From the NCBI GenBank assembly GCA_017993235.1, contig JAGONC010000001.1, positions 2,880 to 66,879 of the forward strand: a stretch of DNA of 64,000 nt, in the 5' to 3' direction. A model generated the notes under the pieces. The model did not search any database. It was not told the origin of the DNA and saw only the letters and a program-made list of their open reading frames with translations. Origin of the DNA: Lentimicrobiaceae bacterium (GTDB lineage Bacteria > Bacteroidota > Bacteroidia > Bacteroidales > JAGONC01). Positions 10,404 to 18,791 of the stretch are shown piece by piece; within the stretch, counting starts at the first letter, position 1; every line of letters begins with the position of its first letter. A program made the position numbers and the translations under genes.

Positions 10404-10411
10404 CAAATATA
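10404..10411 (-). promoter_or_regulatory. -7 box TATATTTG upstream of the OMP gene
   Basis: Plus-strand CAAATATA, 20 nt upstream of ATG 10384. Embedded in an 8-bp inverted repeat, TTCTCAAA (10400-10407) / TTTGAGAA (10421-10428). Confidence 0.45.
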
Positions 10412-10730
10412 CGCTGTTTTTTTGAGAAAAATAATATAAGGACAGGAAATTCCAGGTTCCCCGGAATGAACGGACGAATCAATATTTCTGTTCAATTTGA
10501 TATCTTTGTGTTTCCCCGTATGCCGGACATTTTTCCCTTGTCTTGCACGAAGAAATCACCATGACCAGTAAAACGGAAGCAATGATCAAAACCGCTGTTT
10601 TTTTTATTCGAGTACCCATAATTGTTGCTTTGATTAAGGACGAGCAAAATTAGCCGAATTTAGCTATATAACAAATTTTTTATGAACTTATTGTCCTGCC
10701 GGATTCATTTTCAGCATCAGTGGAACCGCA

Positions 10731-10738
10731 TATTTTTG
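10731..10738 (+). promoter_or_regulatory. -7 box TATTTTTG upstream of the radical SAM gene
   Basis: Matches TAnnTTTG, 34 nt upstream of ATG 10772. Confidence 0.5.
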
Positions 10739-10771
10739 TATCTTTCCCGCTGATTTCATATCGGCTTTTCT

Positions 10772-11773
10772 ATGCACGAAGCCCTTTATTATGAAAAACG
10801 GACGGACGGCGTCATGTGCACGCTCTGTCCCCATTTCTGCCATATCCGGCCGGACAGGACCGGTATTTGCCGGAGCCGTTTTCATCGTGACCGTATCCTG
10901 GTGTCGGGCAATTATGGAAAGGTGTCTGCCCTGCATTTTGATCCGATTGAAAAAAAACCGTTGTATCATTTTTATCCCGGCAGGATCATTTTCAGCATCG
11001 GAAGTACAGGGTGCAATTTACAATGCTCGTTTTGCCAGAATGCCGGGATCTCCCAGGTTTCTCCGCCGGAATATACCACTTCGCAGGAGTACACCCCGGG
11101 GCAGTTGCTGAATATGGCCTTTCAGCATCATGATAACATGGGTGTTGCTTTTACCTATAATGAACCTGCGGTCTGGTATGAATATATGTTTGATATTGCC
11201 CTGCTATCACACCAGGCCGGATTAAAGAATATCATGGTGACCAACGGATTCATCAATCCGGCTCCTCTGCAGCAACTCATGACGGTGATGGACGCTTTCA
11301 GCGTGGACCTGAAGGCCTTTACGGAAGAGTTTTACCGTAAGATCACCCGGGCATCGCTGGAGCCCGTGAAAGAAACCCTGAAGTGCATCCGGCTTGCCGG
11401 AAAGCACCTTGAGATCACCAACCTGGTGATACCCACCCTGAATGATGACGAAGCTGTTTTTGAAACGATGTGCCGGTGGATCGCGGATGAACTTGGCGCG
11501 GGTACGATCCTGCATCTCAGCCGCTATTTTCCGACCTATAAAATGACCATTCCGGGCACCGCGGCCCAAACCCTGATCAACCTGCGGCACATAGCCATGA
11601 AGTACCTGGATTATGTTTTCATTGGCAACATCACTCTACAGGAAGGAAACGATACGGTATGCGCCAGATGCGGTACGACCGTCATTTCCAGAAGAGGGTA
11701 TGTAACCTCGATCTCCGGGCTGGATCCCTCCGGTAATTGTGCAAAATGCGGTAATCCCATCGCAATCGTATGA
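10772..11773 (+). CDS. radical SAM enzyme, AmmeMemoRadiSam / pyruvate-formate-lyase-activase-like
   Basis: N-terminal Cys cluster CTLCPHFCHIRPDRTGIC, then the radical SAM motif GCNLQCSFCQN, and a C-terminal CARCG...CAKCG pair. Confidence 0.8.
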   Translation: MHEALYYEKRTDGVMCTLCPHFCHIRPDRTGICRSRFHRDRILVSGNYGKVSALHFDPIEKKPLYHFYPGRIIFSIGSTGCNLQCSFCQNAGISQVSPPEYTTSQEYTPGQLLNMAFQHHDNMGVAFTYNEPAVWYEYMFDIALLSHQAGLKNIMVTNGFINPAPLQQLMTVMDAFSVDLKAFTEEFYRKITRASLEPVKETLKCIRLAGKHLEITNLVIPTLNDDEAVFETMCRWIADELGAGTILHLSRYFPTYKMTIPGTAAQTLINLRHIAMKYLDYVFIGNITLQEGNDTVCARCGTTVISRRGYVTSISGLDPSGNCAKCGNPIAIV

Positions 11774-13050
11774 TTTTTCTCACACGTCATCAACTCATGC
11801 CTGTGCAACGGATCCCTGCCTCACTACTGACCCTGGTCCTTCTACTCATCCATTGCGCCCCGGTCAATAAGATGAGCTATTCCAACCTTGCCTATCTGTA
11901 CAATCCGGAACAACTTGATTTACATATGGATTGCATGCCTTACCACAGCAGTGATGAATCAACGGAATTCTTTTTTTCGTTTTCGCTTGATGACCTGCTG
12001 TTTGAGAAGGAATCCGACAAGGACGATTACCTGGCAAATTTCAACGTACACTTTGAATTATTCGATTTTTACAATACCCGGATGCTGATCGATAGCGGAA
12101 CAAGGATTTACCCTGATCTGGTCCGGAATGAACCTGACAGGCCGTTCATTTCTTCATTTCCATTGAAAACAAGGTACCCCGACAAATTTGTGCTTAACCT
12201 GACCCTGACGGATATGAACAGGAAACATGCGTACAGCACCTATTCCGAAATCCTGAAATCTTCGGTGAACTCACGGCAGAATTTCCTGTTATCGGATGAG
12301 ACCGGAACCCTCCTGTTTCAACCCTATCTTGAGCGTGACCAGGAATTCAGGTTGATGTTCAACAATCCGGAAACACCCGAGCTGTTTGTCCACTACTACC
12401 ACCGGGATTTTCCCATTGCGGGCCCGCCTTTCCTGGTAGCGGATTCCGTTCCCTTTTCCCATGAACCCGACAGCCTGTTCCGTGTGAAGCTCCTCCGCGG
12501 CGAAACGGATCTGCTTCGTCTGAAGGAGGAAGGTATTTACCTCTTCAGGGCTGATACCACCCTCAAGGAAGGATTTACACTTTTGCGGCTGCATGAGGGA
12601 TATCCCCGGATCATTCATTCTGTTCAAATGTCTTATCCGCTGCGTTATCTTACAACCCGCCGGGAGTATGAAAAGATCGAAACCCATCCGGATACAAGAC
12701 AGGCAGTGGAGGATTTCTGGCTGAAAAATGCCGGGAATCCTGACCGGGCTGCCCGGATGATCAAACTATACTACACAAGGGTGGAACAGGCCAATCGTTT
12801 GTTCACCTCTTATCAGGAAGGATGGAAGACCGACCGGGGGATGATCTATATCATCTACGGCGATCCTACAGTTGTCTACCGCCAGCAGGATACCGAACAG
12901 TGGATCTATGGAAAGGAGGGAAATATCCTATCCATCTCCTTTTCTTTTATCCGGGTGAACAATCCTTTTACCGACAATGATTTTGAACTGGAGCGGTCGG
13001 CCGACTACAAGGAATCCTGGTATATAGCAGTGGAGAGCTGGCGAAGGTAA
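11770..13050 (+). CDS. GWxTD domain-containing protein
   Basis: C-terminal GWKTDRGMIYIIYGDP motif. ATGA overlap with the radical SAM stop. A signal/lipoprotein-like segment (MPVQRIPASLLTLVLLLIHC) suggests an alternative start at 11797. Confidence 0.75.
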   Translation: MIFLTRHQLMPVQRIPASLLTLVLLLIHCAPVNKMSYSNLAYLYNPEQLDLHMDCMPYHSSDESTEFFFSFSLDDLLFEKESDKDDYLANFNVHFELFDFYNTRMLIDSGTRIYPDLVRNEPDRPFISSFPLKTRYPDKFVLNLTLTDMNRKHAYSTYSEILKSSVNSRQNFLLSDETGTLLFQPYLERDQEFRLMFNNPETPELFVHYYHRDFPIAGPPFLVADSVPFSHEPDSLFRVKLLRGETDLLRLKEEGIYLFRADTTLKEGFTLLRLHEGYPRIIHSVQMSYPLRYLTTRREYEKIETHPDTRQAVEDFWLKNAGNPDRAARMIKLYYTRVEQANRLFTSYQEGWKTDRGMIYIIYGDPTVVYRQQDTEQWIYGKEGNILSISFSFIRVNNPFTDNDFELERSADYKESWYIAVESWRR

Positions 13051-13058
13051 AATCCTTC

Positions 13059-15122
13059 TCAGTGATACAGCAACGTATCCGGAATTTCCTGCCGGGTCAT
13101 GCCCATCCCCTCAAGATACACCTTCAGTTCATCGGAGCCTGACCTTTCAAAGAACCGTACCCCGATGGAGTGGTATCCTGCTGACAGGGCACACTGGCCT
13201 TGCTTTTCCACCATGCCGTGAAGTCCGTCATTATCCGCCACCAGCAGTTCATTGATGAGCAACTGGCTGCCGTCGTCAGAAGCAACTGACAGGATATAGA
13301 CACCTGTCGCAGGAATACGGAGATATCCCCTGAACAGCATTCCATAGTTTTCCTTCTGGTTGCCTTCCAGGTCATGAATGGCAGGTACAATTCCGGTTTG
13401 TACGGGTTTGATTTTCTGGAAATCGGGCAGGCTATCCCACTCACCCTCAAATAAGGAAAAGGTAATACCGGGTTGTGGATGGGTAATGTCAAGGGATCTG
13501 GCAGGTTCTGCTTTTTGAAAGGTCCGGGAAGCTGTTCGGCTTACCGCTTCTTTGCCCCTGAAACAACGGGCATTCAGCTCGGAGGTCTGTGTGATGATTA
13601 CCGGACCGGCAGCAAGGAGCGATGCAGCCGAGGGCTCTGATCCGTCGAGTGTGTACCGGATCTCCACCCTTTCCCGTCCGGATTTCAGGCTGATGGAAAG
13701 GGAATCGGTGAAAATGTCTCTTCTGGCAATGATCTCCGGTGGAACATCCACATCCGGTTTGCCCGTAATGTCGAGAACGACGACGGTATTGACCGTATCG
13801 GGGCACTGAAGGGGCACATTAATGATCAGGGTATCGCCCGACCGCTGGATAGTCAGCTTGTTTTTCCCTTGATCTGAAAGGAGATAGGAACGTTCAGGCT
13901 TATTAAACAACCCTGGCACCTTCAGCTTCCCATCCACTGGCCAGTTAAAGACCTGCAGGTACAGGCGTGTTCCCGAAGCTATTGATTTCGATGTACAGCG
14001 GCCCCAGGGAAGGTAGGTGAAAGGACTTGCCACAGTGCCATAAATGGCCTCGCTGTTCACCACCATCCATTGACCGATATCCCTGAGCCGGTCGATGCTT
14101 TCCTGCGGAAAGGTCCCCTGTGCGGTTGGCCCCACATTTAACAGGAAATTTCCTCCTTTTGAGGCGATGTCGGCCAGCATACGTATCAGGCTGGCTGATG
14201 ATTTCCAGTTCTGGTCGGCCTTGTTGTATCCCCAGTGATCGTTCATGGTCATGCAGGTTTCCCAATCAACTCCCGGAAGTCCTGTCGCCGGGATTTCCTG
14301 CTCAGGTGTGCCATAATCCCCGGCAAATTCGCCTTCCTGGCTGAAGCCGGCCATACTTCCTTCCCGGCCGACATCCACCCGGTTGTTGATGATGATGTCG
14401 GGCTGTAATCCCCTGACATATTCATACAGGTCTTTTCCACGCTTGTGGTTCCAGGTGCTTTCCCATTCCCCGTCAAACCAGAGTATACCCAGGGGACCAT
14501 AGTTGTCGGTAAGCTCCTTCAGCTGATCTTTCATGTGCTGAACATACCGCTCAAAATCAGCGCCTTCCGTTGTACGTTCTGTTTCCCAATCCCTTCGGGG
14601 CACGTAATCCGGGTGGTGCCAGTCCATGATCGAGTGATAGAAGCAGAGCCGGATACCCTCCTGGTCACAGGCAGTTCTGAGCTCAGCAAGAACGTCGCGC
14701 CGGAAAGGGGTCGTCATGACATCAAAATCGGTATATTTTGAATCCCAGAGGCAAAACCCATCATGATGCTTTGAGGTGAAAACAATGTACTTCACTCCTG
14801 CCTGACGGGCTGTCCTGACCCATTCACGGGCATTGAAATCCACGGGATTGAACTGCTCTGCAAATTCATCATACACTTCCAGGGGAATCTGCGCGGAATG
14901 ACGGATCCATTCCCCGTAATGGGTCAAACCGTTCCATTCACCTGCCGGGATGGCGTACAAACCCCAGTGGATGAACAATCCGAAACGCGCCTCCCTCCAC
15001 CAGTCCAGCCTGTCTTCCGTGACGGACTTGGGAGTTTGTACGGCGTTTTGACAGGAAAACAGCCCCATCAGCAATGAGAAGCCGAGGGCTCCAGAGATCA
15101 AATGGTGCATTAATTTTTTCAT
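13059..15122 (-). CDS. alpha-L-fucosidase (GH29) with C-terminal PA14-like domain
   Basis: Signal peptide, then GH29 core (FGLFIHWGLYAIPAGEW, KYIVFTSKHHDGFCLWDS, LWFDGEW). C-terminal GYLRIPATGVYILSVASDDGSQLLINELLVADNDGLHG resembles PA14. Confidence 0.85.
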   Translation of the reverse strand: MKKLMHHLISGALGFSLLMGLFSCQNAVQTPKSVTEDRLDWWREARFGLFIHWGLYAIPAGEWNGLTHYGEWIRHSAQIPLEVYDEFAEQFNPVDFNAREWVRTARQAGVKYIVFTSKHHDGFCLWDSKYTDFDVMTTPFRRDVLAELRTACDQEGIRLCFYHSIMDWHHPDYVPRRDWETERTTEGADFERYVQHMKDQLKELTDNYGPLGILWFDGEWESTWNHKRGKDLYEYVRGLQPDIIINNRVDVGREGSMAGFSQEGEFAGDYGTPEQEIPATGLPGVDWETCMTMNDHWGYNKADQNWKSSASLIRMLADIASKGGNFLLNVGPTAQGTFPQESIDRLRDIGQWMVVNSEAIYGTVASPFTYLPWGRCTSKSIASGTRLYLQVFNWPVDGKLKVPGLFNKPERSYLLSDQGKNKLTIQRSGDTLIINVPLQCPDTVNTVVVLDITGKPDVDVPPEIIARRDIFTDSLSISLKSGRERVEIRYTLDGSEPSAASLLAAGPVIITQTSELNARCFRGKEAVSRTASRTFQKAEPARSLDITHPQPGITFSLFEGEWDSLPDFQKIKPVQTGIVPAIHDLEGNQKENYGMLFRGYLRIPATGVYILSVASDDGSQLLINELLVADNDGLHGMVEKQGQCALSAGYHSIGVRFFERSGSDELKVYLEGMGMTRQEIPDTLLYH

Positions 15123-15180
15123 ACGCTTGATGGATGATAAAGCATCCCAAATTACGAAAAAATGTGAATGGGATTATTAT

Positions 15181-15188
15181 TAAATTTG
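15181..15188 (+). promoter_or_regulatory. -7 box TAAATTTG upstream of rlmB
   Basis: Matches TAnnTTTG, 38 nt upstream of the GTG at 15226. Confidence 0.45.
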
Positions 15189-15225
15189 AAATCGGATTTC
15201 GGGGGGAGTTTTTCGGGATTCCGTT

Positions 15226-15987
15226 GTGGTTCATTTAACGATCAGTATTTTGCAAAAGGATTTGTACATCTATGGGCTTCGTCCGGTACTGGAAGCGATC
15301 GAGGCGGGTAAAGAGGTTGAAAAGCTGATGATCCAGAAAGGCTTAAAGGGGGAGCTGTCGGCTGACCTGCTGAAAATAGCCTCCGAACATCAGATCCCGG
15401 TGCAGTGGGTACCGGTGGAAAAGCTGAACCGGCTGGCGGTGAAAAACCATCAGGGTGTGATTGCCATTGCATCTCCCATCAGCTACTTCCGGATCGAGGA
15501 TATCATTCCGGGATTGTTTGAACTGGGCAAGAGTCCGGTCATTCTGATCCTAGACGGACTGACGGATGTGAGGAACGTAGGTGCCATTGCACGAACTGCC
15601 GAATGTGCGGGGGTCGACGCGCTGATCATACCGGTAAGAGGCTTTGCCCAGCTCAATGCTGATGCCGTGAAAACCTCCGCCGGCGCCCTGGCCAGGATCC
15701 CCGTTTGCCGTAGTCCGAATCTCTACAGAACCTGTATGTACCTGAAAAATTGTGGATTGCAGCTTATTGCCTGTACGGAAAAGGCATCGGTTGTGTATCA
15801 CCGGATCAATTATCAGATTCCCTCCGCCATCATCATGGGTGCAGAAGATAAGGGTATATCGAGCAATCTGCTGAAGCTGGCGGATCAGCATGCATCCATA
15901 CCCCTTCTTGGAGAGATTCAATCCCTGAATGTATCGGTTGCCACCGGCGTGATCCTTTATGAACTGGTCAGGCAACGGCAGGGATAA
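15226..15987 (+). CDS. rlmB: 23S rRNA (guanosine-2'-O)-methyltransferase RlmB (SpoU/TrmH family)
   Basis: IYGLRPVLEAI N-terminal domain and SpoU motifs LDGLTDVRNVGAIARTAECAG, IMGAEDKGIS, SLNVSVATGVILYE. The start codon is GTG, so the exact start is uncertain. Confidence 0.85.
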   Translation: MVHLTISILQKDLYIYGLRPVLEAIEAGKEVEKLMIQKGLKGELSADLLKIASEHQIPVQWVPVEKLNRLAVKNHQGVIAIASPISYFRIEDIIPGLFELGKSPVILILDGLTDVRNVGAIARTAECAGVDALIIPVRGFAQLNADAVKTSAGALARIPVCRSPNLYRTCMYLKNCGLQLIACTEKASVVYHRINYQIPSAIIMGAEDKGISSNLLKLADQHASIPLLGEIQSLNVSVATGVILYELVRQRQG

Positions 15988-15995
15988 CATTACCC

Positions 15996-18791
15996 ATGAG
16001 GAATACCCTGGTAAAATATTGCTGTGAGATCATCCTGCTGGTCTATATCATCCTGTTCGCTGTCTTCAGGCACCCGACCCAGGAATGGGACCGCCTGATC
16101 AACAGCGATGGAAAAGCCTACTACGCTTACCTTACCGCTATCTTCATCTACCATGACCTTCAGTATAACTTCGTTGAATCCTATGAATCGGAATATTATC
16201 CCGATGACCGTTCTGCCTATAAGGAGTTCAGGGTCAGGGTAAATGACCATGTGGTCAACAAGGCTTTTCCCGGCCTGGCGGTACTCTGGCTGCCTTTTTT
16301 CCTGCTGGCCCATCTGCTGACCCTGATCGCAGGCTTACCGGCCGACGGGTATTCCATCATCTACCAGTGGGGCATCGGACTGTCTGTCTTCATTTACCTG
16401 TACCTGGGATGCAGGTTCCTGAAAAAGTTACTGACCCTGCACGGAGCTTCCACGGCACAGGCTTCCTTCATCACCCTGGTGGTTGCTTCTGGCACAAACC
16501 TTATCTACTACACGGTCAATGAAGGCACCATGACCCATACGTACACCTTTGCACTGATAGCGGCCTGGTCGTATTTCAGCACCCTGGCATTCCGGCATGG
16601 ACAGATAAAATGGCTGCCCTCCATCGCTTTCCTGACCGGACTGATCATCATCATCCGGCCTGTCAATGGCCTGTTGCTGATCACCCTTCCTTTCTGGGCC
16701 GGGAGCTGGGACAGGTTAGTTTCTTCTATACGCCTTTTGTTTCGGAAGCCGCTTTTTGGGATGACATCCCTTTTCATCCTGCTGATCATCGCATCCATCC
16801 CGGTCATTCTCTGGTATCTCCAGACCGGCAGACCGCTGGTGTACTCTTACGGTGAGGAATATTTTGATTTCGCTCACCCAAGGATCATTAAGCTTCTGTT
16901 CAGTTATGAGAAAGGCTGGTTCCGCTACACTCCGGTTGCACTGATCAGCTTTTTCGGATTGATCCCGCTGTTCCGCCGCGACAGGACCGGCATCTGGTTT
17001 TTACTGGTATTCTGGTTTTTATTCGTCTACATCTCCTCCAGCTGGTGGGTCTGGGATTACACATCCCGTTTCAGCCAGAGGATCTTCATTGAGTACCTGC
17101 CCATCAATGCGGTGATGCTGGCCTCACTGGTACCGGCATGTTCCCGCAGCAAGATCCTCATGCGTATCCTCGCTGGTGTTTTATTCCTGCTGGTAGGTTT
17201 GAATATCCTTCAGTATTACCAGTCCATGATCTGGGTTTATCCCAGGGGGCCGGTGACGAGGGAAGTCTACCGGAAGTATTTCTTTCACCTGAAACCGCAG
17301 GCTTCCGTTGAATACCCTGCTGAAGACAACATCATTCACCGGTCGCGGTTCTGTCACGACATGGAAGAGGATATCGGATGGATCCATCCGGAGGGTCATA
17401 CCCAGCAGGTAGCTCATTCGGGAAACTTTTCCTCCGCTTCCGGCGGTGCTGACTCCATCAGTGCAGGGATCGACAAACTGGTCGCACCGCTTCTGCAGGG
17501 AAGCAGGGCTGTGATCATCACGGATGCCTGGGTCTACAGCATGGCTGGCAACCCGGGACTGATGATGATCGTGGATTTCATTTGCGATGGAACCAGTTAT
17601 TATTATCAGGCATTCGAACTGGATCCCTACCTGAGAAGAGGCGCCTGGAAGCAGGTTCAGTTCCGTACAGCGGTTCCACGGCTGCAAAGTGACCTGGACC
17701 ATGTCAAGGTCTATTTTATGAATCATTCACCGCATGTGACGGCCTGTATCGATGATGTCTGCATCGAATTCCTTTCCCTTCGCTCGGGACCTGATCCGGT
17801 GCCCGCTGTCGTTAACATCTCCGATAACATGATCCGGGAATCCAGACAAGTGTTCTATGACATGGAGGCGGATACTGCCGGAGCTCAGGCCCTGACCCTG
17901 ACCGATGATCTGGCCATGAAAGGGCAGCGTTCGTCACGAATCGACAAAACCCATCCTTACAGTGCCGGTTTCCGTGGCCAGGTCGGACAGATCATGCCGG
18001 TCATTGACCCGGCAATGGAAATCAGCGCCTACATACACACCAGCGCAGCACCTTCCCGTGTGATCCTGGTCACCGATTTCCAGCGGAACCGGAAATCCTA
18101 CCACTACGTACCCATCAGGCTGGAATCCTTCCTCTGGAAACAACAATGGAACTATTGTGAATTCCTGATCTCACTCCCCGGGGTCATGAAGGACGACGAT
18201 GAGGTGGTGGTCTATTTCTGGAATCCCGATACTGCGGAAGTAGTGCATATCGACGACCTGACGATCAGTTTCCTTTCGCTGAAAAAGCCGGCAGTGAGCC
18301 CTGCCGGACGGAGTGGACTCCCGGAGGTAATTTCCGATTCGGTACTTTTGCATACCATGGAATACAGGATGGGATGGAAAAATGAGGGTACGCTGACCAA
18401 CGAGAAAGCGCTGTACGGGAAACAATCCTGCAGGATATCGAAAGCCAATCCATACAGCGTGTCCCTGCAGGCCTCACTGGATGATGTCGTGGGTGAAAAT
18501 GGACTGATCAGGATCAGTGCCTATGTGTTCACCACTTCAAAAAAATCTTCATCGGCTCTTGTGTTGGATTTCAGAAGGGATGGGAAGAGTTACCGCTATG
18601 AATCATATTACATGAACGAACGGGCCCGTTACCATGAATGGGAATACCTTACCTTTACTGCTCCGATGCCAGACGGCAGGCTGCCTGGTGATGAGGTCCT
18701 GATCTATTTCTGGAATGCTTCACATGAGGAGATCTTTTACATCGACAATATGAAAATCGAATGGATGACCTTAAGCGATTCATGGGAATGA
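15996..18791 (+). CDS. polytopic membrane protein (GT-C-like N-terminal half) with three tandem ~150-aa C-terminal modules
   Basis: 931 aa. Roughly the first 410 aa contain many hydrophobic helices. Three modules follow, each ending in a [VIL]Y F[WM]N ... ID[DN] ... I[EST][FW] signature: VKVYFMNHSPHVTACIDDVCIEFLSL, VVVYFWNPDTAEVVHIDDLTISFLSL, VLIYFWNASHEEIFYIDNMKIEWMTL. Confidence 0.7.
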   Translation: MRNTLVKYCCEIILLVYIILFAVFRHPTQEWDRLINSDGKAYYAYLTAIFIYHDLQYNFVESYESEYYPDDRSAYKEFRVRVNDHVVNKAFPGLAVLWLPFFLLAHLLTLIAGLPADGYSIIYQWGIGLSVFIYLYLGCRFLKKLLTLHGASTAQASFITLVVASGTNLIYYTVNEGTMTHTYTFALIAAWSYFSTLAFRHGQIKWLPSIAFLTGLIIIIRPVNGLLLITLPFWAGSWDRLVSSIRLLFRKPLFGMTSLFILLIIASIPVILWYLQTGRPLVYSYGEEYFDFAHPRIIKLLFSYEKGWFRYTPVALISFFGLIPLFRRDRTGIWFLLVFWFLFVYISSSWWVWDYTSRFSQRIFIEYLPINAVMLASLVPACSRSKILMRILAGVLFLLVGLNILQYYQSMIWVYPRGPVTREVYRKYFFHLKPQASVEYPAEDNIIHRSRFCHDMEEDIGWIHPEGHTQQVAHSGNFSSASGGADSISAGIDKLVAPLLQGSRAVIITDAWVYSMAGNPGLMMIVDFICDGTSYYYQAFELDPYLRRGAWKQVQFRTAVPRLQSDLDHVKVYFMNHSPHVTACIDDVCIEFLSLRSGPDPVPAVVNISDNMIRESRQVFYDMEADTAGAQALTLTDDLAMKGQRSSRIDKTHPYSAGFRGQVGQIMPVIDPAMEISAYIHTSAAPSRVILVTDFQRNRKSYHYVPIRLESFLWKQQWNYCEFLISLPGVMKDDDEVVVYFWNPDTAEVVHIDDLTISFLSLKKPAVSPAGRSGLPEVISDSVLLHTMEYRMGWKNEGTLTNEKALYGKQSCRISKANPYSVSLQASLDDVVGENGLIRISAYVFTTSKKSSSALVLDFRRDGKSYRYESYYMNERARYHEWEYLTFTAPMPDGRLPGDEVLIYFWNASHEEIFYIDNMKIEWMTLSDSWE

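Noticed and set aside
15192-15222. CGGATTT CGGGGGG AGTTTTT CGGGATT as a further heptamer array
   Set aside because: Only four very degenerate units, which cannot be distinguished from chance. It is mentioned only as a possible member of the family.
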